Shown here one piece after another: positions 15,001 to 29,375 of a stretch of DNA of 64,000 nucleotides. The number at the start of each line of letters is the position of its first letter. Within the stretch, counting starts at the first letter, position 1. Both the position numbers and the translations under genes were made by a program. Under the pieces are notes generated by a model, which worked only from the letters and a program-made list of their open reading frames with translations, was not told where the DNA came from and did no database searches. This DNA comes from Bugula neritina (taxonomy: Eukaryota; Animalia; Bryozoa): positions 7,310,027-7,374,026 of the forward strand of contig OZ037770.1 in NCBI GenBank assembly GCA_964035545.1, written 5' to 3'.

Positions 15001-17661
15001 GTTGCAGTATATTTCAATGTGTTGCAGTGTATTTCAATATGTTACAGTGTAATTCAGTATGTTGCAGTATGTTGCAGTGTGTTGCAGTATATTTCAATGT
15101 GTTTCAGTGTATTTCAGTATGTTACAGTGTATTTCAGTAAGTTGCAGTGTGATTCAGTATGTTGCAGTATATTTCACTATGTTGTCGTATGATTCAGTAT
15201 TTTACAGTACATTTCTGTATATTTCTGCAAGTTGCAGTGTATTTCAGTTTGCTACACAATATTTCAGTATGTTGCAGTGTTTTTCAATGTGTTACAGTAT
15301 ATTTCAGTATATTACCGTAAACTTAGGTATGTTGCAGTTTATTCCATTGTGTTGCAGTTCATTTCAGTATGTTACAGTGTATTTCAGTATGTGACAGTAT
15401 GTTGCAGTATATTTCAGTAGGTTGAAGTATATTTCAGTATGTTGCAGTATGTTTCAGTATGTTACAACATAATTCAGTATTTTGCCGTATATTTCAGTGT
15501 GTTGCAGTATATTTCATTATGTTGCAGTATGTTTCGGTATGTTCCAGTATAATTCAGTATGTTTCTCAATGTTTCAGTATATTTCAGTATGTTACAGTAC
15601 ATGTCCGTATATTACGATATACTTCGATGTGTTGCAGTATATTTCATTATTTTGCAGTATGCTTCAGTGTGTTGCAGTGTATTTCAATATGTTACAGTTT
15701 ATTTCAGTGTGTTGCAGTCTATTTCAGTTTGTTACGGTGTAGTTCAGTATGTTGCAGTATGTTGCAATATGTTGCAGTATATTTATGTATGTTACAGTAT
15801 ATTGCAGTATGTTACAGTACATTTCCGTATATTACACTATATTTCAGTGAGTTGCAGTGTAGTTCAGTGTGCTGCAGCATATTTCAGTATGGTGCAGTGT
15901 TTTTCAATATGTTACAGTATGTTTCACTATTATACTGTATATTTAGGTATGTTGCAGTTTATTATAATGTGTTGCGGTGTATTTCATTATGTTACAGTGT
16001 ATTTCAGTATGTTGCAGTATGTTGCAGGATATTTCAGTACGTTGCAGTATATTTCAGTATGTTGAAGTATGTTTCAGTGTGTTGCAGTATATTTCAATGT
16101 GTTGCAGTGTATTTCAATATGTTACAGTGTAATTCAGTATGTTGCAGTATGTTGCAGTATGTTGCAGTGTACTTCAGTATGTTACAGTGGATTTCGGTAT
16201 GTTGCAGTATTTTGCAGTACATTTCAGTGTGTTGCAGTACATTTCAGTATGTTGCCGAGTGTTTCAGTATGTTGCAGTATGTTTTAGTATGTTACAGTAT
16301 ATTTCAGTATGTTGCAGTGTAATTCAGTATGTTACAGTATATTTCAGTAGTTTATCATAAATTCCGGTATGTTGCAGTATAATTTAATATGTTGCAGTGT
16401 ATTTCAATATGTTTCAGTGTATTTTAGTATATTTCAGTATGTTGCTGTGTAATTATGCATGTTGCAGTACATTTCAGTATGTTGACGTATGTTTCAGTAT
16501 GTTACAGTACATTTCTGTATATTACAGTCTACTCCAGTGTGTTGCAGTGTATTTCAGTATGCTACAGCATAATATTTCACTATGTTGCAGTATATTTCAA
16601 TGTCTCGCAGTATATTTCAATGTGTTGCAGCGTTTTTCAATATGTTACAGTGTATGTCAGTATGTTGCAGTATGTTGCAGTGTATTTCAGTATGTGACAG
16701 TGTATTTCAGTATGTTGCAGTGTGATTGGGTATGTTGCAGTATATTTCAGTATGTTGTCGTATGTTTCAGTATTTTACAGTACATTTCTGTATATTACAG
16801 TATATTTCAGTCTGTTGCAGTGCATTTCAGCATGTTGCAGTATGTTGCAGTGTAATTCAGTATGTTACAGTGTATTTCAGTATGTTGTAGTATATTTCAT
16901 CACGTTGCAGTACATTTCAGTATGTTGACGTATGTTTCTGTATGTTACAGTACATTTCTGTATATTACAGTATACTTCAGTGTATTTCAGTATGCTACAG
17001 CATATTTCAGTATGTTGCAGTATATTTCAGTAGGTTGAAGTATATTTCAGTATGTTGCAGTATGTTCCAGTATAATTCAGTATGTTTCCCAATGTTTCAG
17101 TATATTTCAGTATGTTACAGTACATGTCCGTATATTACGATATACTTCGATATGTTGCAGTATGTTTCAGTATTTTGCAGTATGTTTCAGTGTGTTGCAG
17201 CCTATTTCAATATGTTACAGTTTATTTCAGTATGTTGCAGTCTATTTCAGTTTGTTACAGTGTAGTTCAGTATGTTGCAGTATGTTGCAGTATGTTGCAG
17301 TATATTTAAGTATGTTACAGTATATTGCAGTATGTTACAGTACATTTCCGTATATTACACTATATTTCAGTGAGTTGCAGTGTATTTCAGTGTGCTGCAG
17401 CATATTTCAGTATGGTGCAGTGTTTTTCAATATGTTACAAGATGTTTCACTATATTACTGTATATTTAGGTATGTTGCAGTTTATTAAAATGTGTTGCAG
17501 TGTATTTCATTATGTTACAGTGTATTTCAGTATGTTGCAGTATATTTCAGTATGTTGAAGTATGTTTCAATGTGTTGCAGTGTATTTTAATATGTTACAG
17601 TGTAATTCAGTATGTTGCAGTATGTTGCAGTATGTTGCAGTGTATTTCAGTATGTTACAGT
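1..17661 (+). repeat. Near-identical higher-order duplication: 1-6617 repeated at 11035-17661 (offset 11034, then 11044)
   Basis: ORF-track translations recur at fixed offset (3/11037, 773/11807, 3273/14307, 5353/16397); a few differences seen (C/T at ~1219/12253, C/T at ~2921/13955, one extra monomer near 16015). Confidence 0.95.
5359..11259 (+). repeat. 3006-bp-offset duplication (5359-8253 / 8365-11259) nested in an 8028-bp higher-order unit
   Basis: ORFs 5411/8417, 6456/9462, 7466/10472 identical at offset 3006; the same unit start occurs at 3, 8031 and 11037 (8028 + 3006 = 11034). Confidence 0.93.
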
Positions 17662-17794
17662 GGATTTCGGTATGTTGCAGTATGTTGCAGGATATTTCAG
17701 CGTGTTGCAGTATATTTTAATGTGTTGCAGTGTAATTCAATATGTTACAGTGTAATTCAGTATGTTGCAGTATGTTGCAGTATGTTGCAGTATG

Positions 17795-20700
17795 TTGCAG
17801 TGTATTTCATTATGTTACAGTGTATTTCAGTATGTTGCAATATGTTGCAGGATATTTCAGTGTGTTGCAGTATATTTTAATGTGTTGCAGTGTAATTCAA
17901 TATGTTACAGTGTAATTCAGTATGTTGCAGTATGTTGCAGAATGATGCAGTGTATTTCAGTATGTTACAGTGGATTTCGGTAGGTTGCAGTATTTTGCAG
18001 TATATTTCAGTGTGTTGCAGTATATTTCAGTATGTTGCCGAGTGTTTCCGTATGTTGCAGTATGTTGCAGTATGTTACAGTATATTTCAGTATGTTGCAG
18101 TGTAATTCAGTATGTTACGGTATATTTCAGTAGTTTACCATAAATTCCGGTATGTTGCAGTATAATTGAATGTGTTGCAGTGTATTTCAATATGTTACAG
18201 TGTATTTCAGTATATTTCGGTATGTTGCTGTGTAATTCAGTATGTTGCAGTATATTTCACTATGTTGTCGTATGATTCAGTATTTTACAGTACATTTCTG
18301 TATATTTCTGCAAGTTGCAGTGTATTTCAGTGTGCTACACAATATTTCAGTATGTTGCAGTGTTTTTCAATGTGTTACAGTATATTTCAGTATATTACCG
18401 TAAACTTAGGTATGTTGCAGTTTATTCCATTGTGTTGCAGTTCATTTCAGTATGTTACAGTGTATTTCAGTATGTGACAGTATGTTGCAGTATATTTCAG
18501 TAGGTTGAAGTATATTTCAGTATGTTGCAGTATGTTTCAGTATGTTACAACATAATTCAGTATTTTGCCGTATATTTCAGTGTGTTGCAGTATATTTCAT
18601 TATGTTGCAGTATGTTTCGGTATGTTCCAGTATAATTCAGTATGTTTCTCAATGTTTCAGTATATTTCAGTATGTTACAGTACATGTCCGTATATTACGA
18701 CATACTTCGATATGTTGCAGTATATTTCAGTATGTTGCAGTATGCTGCAGTGTAATTATGCATGTTGCAGTACATTTCAGTATGTTGACGTATGTTTCAG
18801 TATGTTACAGTACATTTCTGTATATAACAGTCTACTCCAGTGTGTTGCAGTGTATTTCAGTATGCTACAGCATAATATTTCACTTTGTTGCAGTATATTT
18901 CAATGTCTCGCAGTATATTTCAGTATGGTTCAGTATGTTTCAGTGTGTTGCAGTATATTTCAATGTGTTGCAGTGTTTTTCAATATGTTGCAGTGTATTT
19001 CAGTATGTGACAGTGTATTTCAGTATGTTGAGTGTTATTTGGTATGTTGCAGTATATTTCAGTATGTTGTCGTATGTTTCAGTATTTTACAGTACATTTC
19101 TGTATATTACAGTATACTTCAGTGTATTTCAGTATGCTACAGCATACTTCAGTATGTTGCAGTATATTTCAGTAGGTTGAAGTATATTTCAGTATGTTGC
19201 AGTATGTTTCAGTATGTTACAACATAATTCAGTATTTTGCCGTATATTTCAGTGTGTTACAGTATATTTCATTATGTTGCAGTATGTTTCGGTATGTTCC
19301 AGTATAATTCAGTATGTTTCTCAATGTTTCAGTATTATTTCAGTATGTTACAGTACATGTCCGTATATTACGATATACTTCGATATGTTACAGTGTAATT
19401 CAGTATATTTCGGTATGTTGCTGTGTAATTCAGTATGTTGCAGTATATTTCAGTAGGTTGTCGTATGTTTCAGCATTTTACAGTACATTTCTGTATATTA
19501 CAGTATAATTGAATGTGTTGCAATGTATTTCAATATGTTACAGTGTATTTCAGTATGTTGCAGTATGCTGCAGTGTAATTATGCATGTTGCAGTACATTT
19601 CAGTATGTTGACGTATGTTTCAGTATGTTACAGTACATTTCTGTATATTACAGTCTACTCCAGTGTGTTGCAGTGTATTTCAGTATGCTACAACATAATA
19701 TTTCACTATGTTGCAGTATATTTCAATGTCTCGCAGTATATTTCAGTATGTTTCAGTATGTTTCAGTGTGTTGCAGTATATTTCAATGTGTTGCAGTGTT
19801 TTTCAATATGTTACAGTGTATTTCAGTATGTTGCAGTGTATTTCAGTATGTGACAGTGTATTTCAGTATGTTGAGTGTTATTGGGTATGTTGCAGTATAT
19901 TTCAGTATGTTGTCGTATGTTTCAGTATTTTACAGTACATTTCTGTATATTACAGTATCTTTCAGTCTGTTGCAGTGTATTTCAGTATGTTGCAGTATGT
20001 TGCAGTGTTTTTCAATGTGTTACAGTATATTTCAGTATATTACCGTAAACTTAGGTATGTTGCAGTTTATTCCAATGTGTTGCAGTTCATTTCAGTATGT
20101 TACAGTGTATTTCAATATGTGACAGTTTGTTGCAGTTTACTTCAGTAGGTTGAAGTATATTTCAGTATGTTGCAGTATGTTTCAGTATGTTACAACATAA
20201 TTCAGTATTTTGCCGTATATTTCAGTGTGTTACAGTATATTTCATTATGTTGCAGTATGTTTCGGTATGTTCCAGTATAATTCAGTATGTTTCTCAATGT
20301 TTCAGTATATTTCAGTATGTTACAGTACATGTCCGTATATTACGATATACTTCGATGTGTTGCCGTATATTTCATTATTTTGCAGTATGCTTCAGTGTGT
20401 TGCAGTGTATTTCAATATGTTACAGTTTCTTTCAGTGTGTTGCAGTCTATTTCAGTTTGTTACGGTGTAGTTCAGTATGTTGCAGTATGTTGCAATATGT
20501 TGCAGTATATTTAAGTATGTTACAGTATATTGCAGTATGTTACAGTACATTTCCGGATATTACACTATATTTCAGTGAGTTGCAGTGTATTTCAGTGTCC
20601 TGCAGCATATTTCAGTATGGTGCAGTGTTTTTCAATATGTTACAGTATGTTTCACTATATTACGGTATGTTTAGGTATGTTGCAGTTTATTATAATGTGT

Positions 20701-23700
20701 TGCAGTGTATTTCATTATGTTACAGTGTATTTCAGTATGTTGCAGCATGTTGCAGGATATTTCAGTATGTTACAGTATATTTCAGTATGTTGAAGTATGT
20801 TTCAGTGTGTTGCAGTATATTTCAATGTGTTGCAGTGTAATTCAATATGTTACAGTGTAGTTCAGTATGTTGCAGTATGTTACAGTATGTTGCAGTGTAT
20901 TTCAGTATGTTACAGTGGATTTCGGTAGGTTGCAGTATTTTGCAGTATATTTCAGTGTGTTGCAGTATATTTCAGTATGTTGCCGAGTGTTTCAGTATGT
21001 TGCAGTATGTTTTAGTATGTTACAGTATATTTCAGTATGTTGCAGTGTAATTCAGTATGTTACAGTATATTTCAGTAGTTTATCATAAATTCCGGTATGT
21101 TGCAGTATAATTTAATATGTTGCAGTGTATTTCAATATATTACAGTGTATTTCAGTATATTTCAGTATGTTGCTGTGTAATTATGCATGTTGCAGTACAT
21201 TTCAGTATGTTGACGTATGTTTCAGTATGTTACAGTACATTTCTGTATATTACAGTCTACTCAAGTGTGTTGCAGTGTATTTCAGTATGCTACAGCATAA
21301 TATTTCACTATGTTGCAGTATATTTCAATGTCTCGCAGTATATTTCAATGCGTTGCAGTGTTTTTCAATATGTTACAGTGTATGTCAGTATGTTGCAGTA
21401 TGTTGCAGTGTATTTCAGTATGTGACAGTGTATTTCAGTATGTTGCAGTGTGAATGGGTATGTTGCAGTATATTTCAGTATGTTGACGTATGTTTCTGTA
21501 TGTTACAGTACATTTCTGTATATTACAGTATACTTCAGTGTATTTCAGTATGCTACAGCATATTTCAGTATGTTGCAGTATATTTCAGTAGGTTGAAGTA
21601 TATTTCAGTATGTTGCAGTATGTTTCAGTATGTTACAACATAATTCAGTATTTTGCCGTATATTTCAGTGTGTTACAGTATATTTCATTATGTTGCAGTA
21701 TGTTTCGGTATGTTCCAGTATAATTCAGTATGTTTCTCAATGTTTCAGTATTATTTCAGTATGTTACAGTACATGTCCGTATATTACGATATACTTCGAT
21801 ATGTTGCAGTATATTTCAGTATTTTGCAGTATGTTTCAGTGTGTTGCAGTGTATTTCAGTTTGTTACAGTGTAGTTCAGTATGTTGCAGTATGTTGCAGT
21901 ATGTTGCAGTATATTTAAGTATGTTACAGTATATTGCAGTATGTTACAGTACATTTCCGGATATTACACTATATTTCAGTGAGTTGCAGTGTATTTCAGT
22001 GTCCTGCAGCATATTTCAGTACGGTGCAGTGTTTTTCAATATGTTACAGTATGTTTCACTATATTACTGTATGTTTAGGTATGTTGCAGTTTATTATAAT
22101 GTGTTGCAGTGTATTTCATTATGTTACAGTGTATTTCAGTATGTTGCAATATGTTGCAGGATATTTCAGTGTGTTGCAGTATATTTTAATGTGTTGCAGT
22201 GTAATTCAATATGTTACAGTGTAATTCAGTATGTTGCAGTATGTTGCAGAATGTTGCAGTGTATTTCAGTATGTTACAGTGGATTTCGGTAGGTTGCAGT
22301 ATTTTGCAGTATATTTCAGTGTGTTGCAGTATATTTCAGTATGTTGCCGAGTGTTTCCGTATGTTGCAGTATGTTGCAGTATGTTACAGTATATTTCAGT
22401 ATGTTGCAGTGTAATTCAGTATGTTACGGTATATTTCAGTAGTTTACCATAAATTCCGGTATGTTGCAGTATAATTGAATGTGTTGCAGTGTATTTCAAT
22501 ATGTTACAGTGTATTTCAGTATATTTCGGTATGTTGCTGTGTAATTCAGTATGTTGCAGTATATTTCACTATGTTGTCGTATGATTCAGTATTTTACAGT
22601 ACATTTCTGTATATTTCTGCAAGTTGCAGTGTATTTCAGTGTGCTACACAATATTTCAGTATGTTGGTGTGTTTTTCAATGTGTTACAGTATATTTCAGT
22701 ATATTACCGTAAACTTAGGTATGTTGCAGTTTATTCCATTGTGTTGCAGTTCATTTCAGTATGTTACAGTGTATTTCAGTATGTGACAGTATGTTGCAGT
22801 ATATTTCAGTAGGTTGAAGTATATTTCAGTATGTTGCAGTATGTTTCAGTATGTTACAACATAATTCAGTATTTTGCCGTATATTTCAGTGTGTTGCAGT
22901 ATATTTCATTATGTTGCAGTATGTTTCGGTATGTTCCAGTATAATTCAGTATGTTTCTCAATGTTTCAGTATATTTCAGTATGTTACAGTACATGTCCGT
23001 ATATTACGATATACTTCGATATGTTGCAGTATATTTCAGTATGTTGCAGTATGCTGCAGTGTAATTATGCATGTTGCAGTACATTTCAGCATGTTGACGT
23101 ATGTTTCAGTATGTTACAGTACATTTCTGTATATAACAGTCTACTCCAGTGTGTTGCAGTGTATTTCAGTATGCTACAGCATAATATTTCACTTTGTTGC
23201 AGTATATTTCAATGTCTCGCAGTATATTTCAGTATGGTTCAGTATGTTTCAGTGTGTTGCAGTATATTTCAATGTGTTGCAGTGTTTTTCAATATGTTGC
23301 AGTGTATTTCAGTATGTGACAGTGTATTTCAGTATGTTGAGTGTTATTTGGTATGTTGCAGTATATTTCAGTATGTTGTCGTATGTTTCAGTATTTTACA
23401 GTACATTTCTGTATATTACAGTATACTTCAGTGTATTTCAGTATGCTACAGCATATTTCAGTATGTTGCAGTATATTTCAGTAGGTTGAAGTATATTTCA
23501 GTATGTTGCAGTATGTTTCAGTATGTTACAACATAATTCAGTATTTTGCCGTATATTTCAGTGTGTTACAGTATATTTCATTATGTTGCAGTATGTTTCG
23601 GTATGTTCCAGTATAATTCAGTATGTTTCTCAATGTTTCAGTATTATTTCAGTATGTTACAGTACATGTCCGTATATTACGATATACTTCGATATGTTAC

Positions 23701-24870
23701 AGTGTATTTCAGTATATTTCGGTATGTTGCTGTGTAATTCAGTATGTTGCAGTATATTTCAGTAGGTTGTCGTATGTTTCAGCATTTTACAGTACATTTC
23801 TGTATATTACAGTATAATTGATTGTGTTGCAATGTATTTCAATATTTTACAGTGTATTTCAGTATGTTGCAGTATGCTGCAGTGTAATTATGCATGTTGC
23901 AGTACATTTCAGTATGTTGACGTATGTTTCAGTATGTTACAGTACATTTCTGTATATTACAGTCTACTCCAGTGTGTTGCAGTGTATTTCAGTATGCTAC
24001 AACATAATATTTCACTATGTTGCAGTATATTTCAATGTCTCGCAGTATATTTCAGTATGTTTCAGTATGTTTCAGTGTGTTGCAGTATATTTCAATGTGT
24101 TGCAGTGTTTTTCAATATGTTACAGTGTATTTCAGTATGTTGCAGTATGTTGCAGTGTATTTCAGTATGTGACAGTGTAATTCAGTATGTTGAGTGTTAT
24201 TGGGTATGTTGCAGTATATTTCAGTATGTTGTCGTATGTTTCAGTATTTTACAGTACATTTCTGTATATTACAGTATCTTTCAGTCTGTTGCAGTGTATT
24301 TCAGTATGTTGCAGTATGTTGCAGTGTTTTTCAATGTGTTACAGTATATTTCAGTATATTACCGTAAACTTAGGTATGTTGCAGTTTATTCCAATGTGTT
24401 GCAGTTCATTTCAGTATGTTACAGTGTATTTCAATATGTGACAGTTTGTTGCAGTTTATTTCAGTAGGTTGAAGTATATTTCAGTATGTTGCAGTATGTT
24501 TCAGTATGTTACAACATAATTCAGTATTTTGCCGTATATTTCAGTGTGTTACAGTATATTTCATTATGTTGCAGTATGTTTCGGTATGTTCCAGTATAAT
24601 TCAGTATGTTTCTCAATGTTTCAGTATATTTCAGTATGTTACAGTACATGTCCGTATATTACGATATACTTCGATGTGATGCAGTATATTTCATTATTTT
24701 GCAGTATGCTTCAGTGTGTTGCAGTGTATTTCAATATGTTACAGTTTATTTCAGTGTGTTGCAGTCTATTTCAGGTTGTTACGGTGTAGTTCAGTATGTT
24801 GCAGTATGTTGCAATATGTTGCAGTATATTTAAGTATGTTACAGTATATTGCAGTATGTTACAGTACATT
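17795..24870 (+). repeat. 4309-bp-offset higher-order duplication (~17795-20550 / ~22104-24870); ends approximate
   Basis: ORF pairs 17902/22211, 18166/22475, 18542/22851, 19214/23523, then offset 4319 (20210/24529); scattered substitutions. Confidence 0.9.
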
Positions 24871-27800
24871 TCCGTATATTACACTATATTTCAGTGAGTT
24901 GCAGTGTAGTTCAGTGTGCTGCAGCATATTTCAGTATGGTGCAGTGTTTTTCAATATGTTACAGTATGTTTCACTATTATACTGTATATTTAGGTATGTT
25001 TCAGTTTATTATAATGTGTTGCGGTGTATTTCATTATGTTACAGTGTATTTCAGTACGTTGCAGTATGTTGCAGGATATTTCAGTACATTGCAGTATATT
25101 TCAGTATGTTGAAGTATGTTTCAGTGTGTTGCAGTATATTTCAATGTGTTGCAGTGTATTTCAATATGTTACAGTGTAATTCAGTATGTTGCAGTATGTT
25201 GCAGTGTATTTCAGTATGTTACAGTGGATTTCGGTATGTTGCAGTATTTTGCAGTATATTTCAGTGTGTTGCAGTATATTTCAGTATGTTGCCGAGTGTT
25301 TCAGTATGTTGCAGTATGTTTTAGTATGTTACAGTATATTTCAGCATGTTGCAGTGTAATTCAGTATGTTACAGTATATTTCAGTAGTTTATCATAAATT
25401 CCGATATGTTGCAGTATAATTTAATATGTTGCAGTGTATTTCAATATGTTACAGTGTATTTTAGTATATTTCAGTATGTTGCTGTGTAATTATGCATGTT
25501 GCAGTACATTTCAGTATGTTGACGTATGTTTCAGTATGTTACAGTACATTTCTGTATATTACAGTCTACTCCAGTGTGTTGCAGTGTGTTTCAGTATGCT
25601 ACAGCATAATATTTCACTATGTTGCAGTATATTTCAATGTCTCGCAGTATATTTCAATGTGTTGCAGCGTTTTTCAATATGTTACAGTGTATGTCAGTAT
25701 GTTGCAGTATGTTGCAGTGTATTTCAGTATGTGACAGTGTATTTCAGTATGTTGCAGTGTGATTGGGTATGTTGCAGTATATTTCAGTATGTTGTCGTAT
25801 GTATCAGTATTTCACAGTACATTTCTGTATATTACAGTATATTTCAGTCTGTTGCAGTGCATTTCAGCATGTTGCAGTATGTTGCAGTGTAATTCAGTAT
25901 GTTACAGTGTATTTCAGTATGTTGTAGTATATTTCAGTTTGTTACAGTGTAGTTCAGTATGTTGCTGTATGTTGCAGTATGTTGCAGTCTATTTCAGTTT
26001 GTTACAGTGTAGTTCAGTATGTTGCTGTATGTTGCAGTATGTTGCAGTATATTTAAGTATGTTACAGTATGTTGCAGTATGTTACAGTACATTTCCGGAT
26101 ATTACACTATATTTCAGTGAGTTGCAGTGTATTTCAGTGTCCTGCAGCATATTTCAGTACGGTGCAGTGTTTTTCAATATGTTACAGTATGTTTCACTAT
26201 ATTACTGTATGTATAGGTATGTTGCAGTTTATTATAATGTGTTGCAGTGTATTTCATTATGTTACAGTGTATTTCAGTATGTTGCAGTATGTTGCAGGAT
26301 ATTTCAGTATGTTACAGTATATTTCAGTATGTTGAAGTATGTTTAGGTGTGTTGCAGTATATTTCAATGTGTTGCAGTGTAATTCAATATGTTACAGTGT
26401 AGTTCAGTATGTTGCAGTATGTTACAGTATGTTGCAGTGTATTTCAGTATGTTACAGTGGATTTCGGTATGTTGCAGTATTTTGCAGTATATTTCAGTGT
26501 GTTGCAGTATATTTCAGTATGTTGCCGAGTGTTTCAGTATGTTGCAGTATGTTTTAGTATGTTACAGTATATTTCAGCATGTTGCAGTGTAATTCAGTAT
26601 GTTACAGTATATTTCAGTAGTTTATCATAAATTCCGATATGTTGCAGTATAATTTAATATGTTGCAGTGTATTTCAATATGTTACAGTGTATTTTAGTAT
26701 ATTTCAGTATGTTGCTGTGTAATTATGCATGTTGCAGTACATTTCAGTATGTTGACGTATGTTTCAGTATGTTACAGTACATTTCTGTATATTACAGTCT
26801 ACTCCAGTGTGTTGCAGTGTATTTCAGTATGCTACAGCATAATATTTCACTATGTTGCAGTATATTTCAATGTCTCGCAGTATATTTCAGTATGTTTCAG
26901 TATGTTTCAGTTTGTTGCAGTATATTTCAATGTGTTGCAGTGTTTTTCAATATGTTACAGTGTATTTCAGTATGTTGCAGTTTATTGCAGTGTATTTCAG
27001 TATGTGACAGTGTATTTCAGTATGTTGCAGTGTGATTGGGTATGTTGCAGTATATTTCAGTATGTTGTCGTATGTTTCAGTATTTTACAGTACATTTCTG
27101 TATATTACAGTATATTTCAGTCTGTTGCAGTGTATTTCAGTATCTTGCAGTAAGTTGCAGTGTAATTCAGTATGTTACAGTGTATTTCAGTATGTTGTAG
27201 TATATTTCAGCATGTTGCAGTACTCTTCAGTATGTTGACGTATGTTTCAGTATGTTACAGTACATTTCTGTATATTACAGTATACTTCAGGGTATTTCAG
27301 TATGCTACAGCATATTTCAGTATGTTGCAGTATATTTCAATGTGTTGCAGTATATTTCAGTATTTTGCCGAATGTTTCAGTATGTTGCAGTATATTTCAA
27401 TGTGTTGCAGTGTATTTCAATATGTTACAGTGTATTTCGGTATGTTGCGGTCTATTTCAGTATGTTACAGTATATTTCAATATGTTACAGTACATTTCCG
27501 TATATTAAACTATATTTCAGTGAGTTGAGGTGTATTTCAGTGTGCTAGAGCATATTTCAGTATGGTGCAGTGTTTTTCAATGTGTTACAGTATATTTCAG
27601 TATAAAACTGTATATTTAGGTATGTTGCTGTTTATTCCAATGTGTTGCAGTGTATTTCAGTATGTTACAGTGTATTTCAGTATGTTGCAGCATGTTGCAG
27701 AATATTTCAGTATGTTGCAGTATATTTCAGTATGTTGCAGTATGTTTCAGTATGTTACAACATAATTCAGTATTTTGCCGTACATTTCAGTGTGTTACAG

Positions 27801-29375
27801 TATATTTCGGTATGTTACAGTATGTTTCGGTATGTTCCAGTATATTTCGGTATGTTTCAGTATGTTTCAGTATGTTTCAGTGTGTTGCAGTATATTTCAC
27901 TGTGTTGCAGTGTATTTCATTATGTTACAGTGTATTTCAGTATGTTGCAGTGTGATTCAGTATGTTACAGTATATTTCAGTATGTTTTCGTATGTTTCAG
28001 TATTTTACAGTACATTTCTGTATACTACATTATACTTCAGTGTGTTGCAGTGTAATTCAGTATGTTGCCGTATGTTTCGGTATGTTACAGTACGTTTCTG
28101 TATATTACAGTATACTTCAGTATGTTACAGTGTATTTCAGTATTTTGCAGTGTGATTCACTATGTTGCAGTATATTTCAGTATGTTGTCGTATGTTTCAG
28201 AATTTTACAGTACATTTCTGTATATTTCAGCGAGTTGCAGTGTATTTCAGTGTGCTGCACAATATTTCAGTATGTTGCAGTGTTTTTCAATGTGTTACAG
28301 TATATTTCAGTATATTAACGTAAATTTAGGTATGTTGCAGTTTATTTCAATGTGTTGCAGTTTATTTCAGTATGTTAAAGTTTATTTCAGTATGTTGCAG
28401 TATGTTGCAGTATATTTCAATAGGTTGAAGTATATTTCAGTATGTTGCAGTATGTTTCAGTATTTTACAACATAATTCAGTATTTTGCCGTATATTTCAT
28501 TGTGTTCCAGTATATTTCATTATGTTGCAGTATGTTTCGGTATGTTCCAGTATAATTCAGTATGTTTCTCAATGTTTTAGTACATTTCAGTATGTTACAG
28601 TACGAGTCCGTATATTACGATATACTTTGATATGTTGCAGTATATTTCAGTATGTTGCAGTATGTTTCGGTGTGTTGCAGTGTATTTTAATATGTTACAG
28701 TGTAATTCAGTATGTTGCAGTATGTTGCAGTATGTTGCAGTGTATTTCAGTATGTTACAGTGGATTTCGGTATGTTGCAGTATTTTGCAGTATATTTCAG
28801 TGTGTTTCAGTATATTTCAGTATGTTGCCCAGTGTTTCAGTATGTTCCAGTATGTTTTAGTATGTTACAGTATATTTCAGTATGTTGCAGTGTAATTCAG
28901 TATGTTACGGTATATTTCAGTAGTTTACCATAAATTCCGGTATCTTGCAGTATAATTGAATGTGTTGCAGTGTATTTCAATATGTTACAGTGTATTTCAG
29001 TATATTTCAGTATGTTGCTGTGTAATTCAGTATGTTGCAGTATATTTCAGTAGGTTGTCGTATGTTTCAGCATTTTACAGTACATTTCTGTATATTACAG
29101 TATAATTGAATGCGTTGCAATGTGTTTCAATATGTTACAGTGTATTTCAGTATGTTGCAGTATGCTGCAGTGTAATTATGCATGTTGCAGTACATTTCAG
29201 TATGTTGACGTATGTTTCAGTATGTTACAGTACATTTCTGTATATTACAGTCTACTCCAGTGTGTTGCAGTGTATTTGAGTATGCTACAGCATAATATTT
29301 CACTATGTTGCGGTATATTTCAATGTCTCGCAGTATATTTCAGTATGTTTCAGTGTGTTGCAGTATATTTCAATG

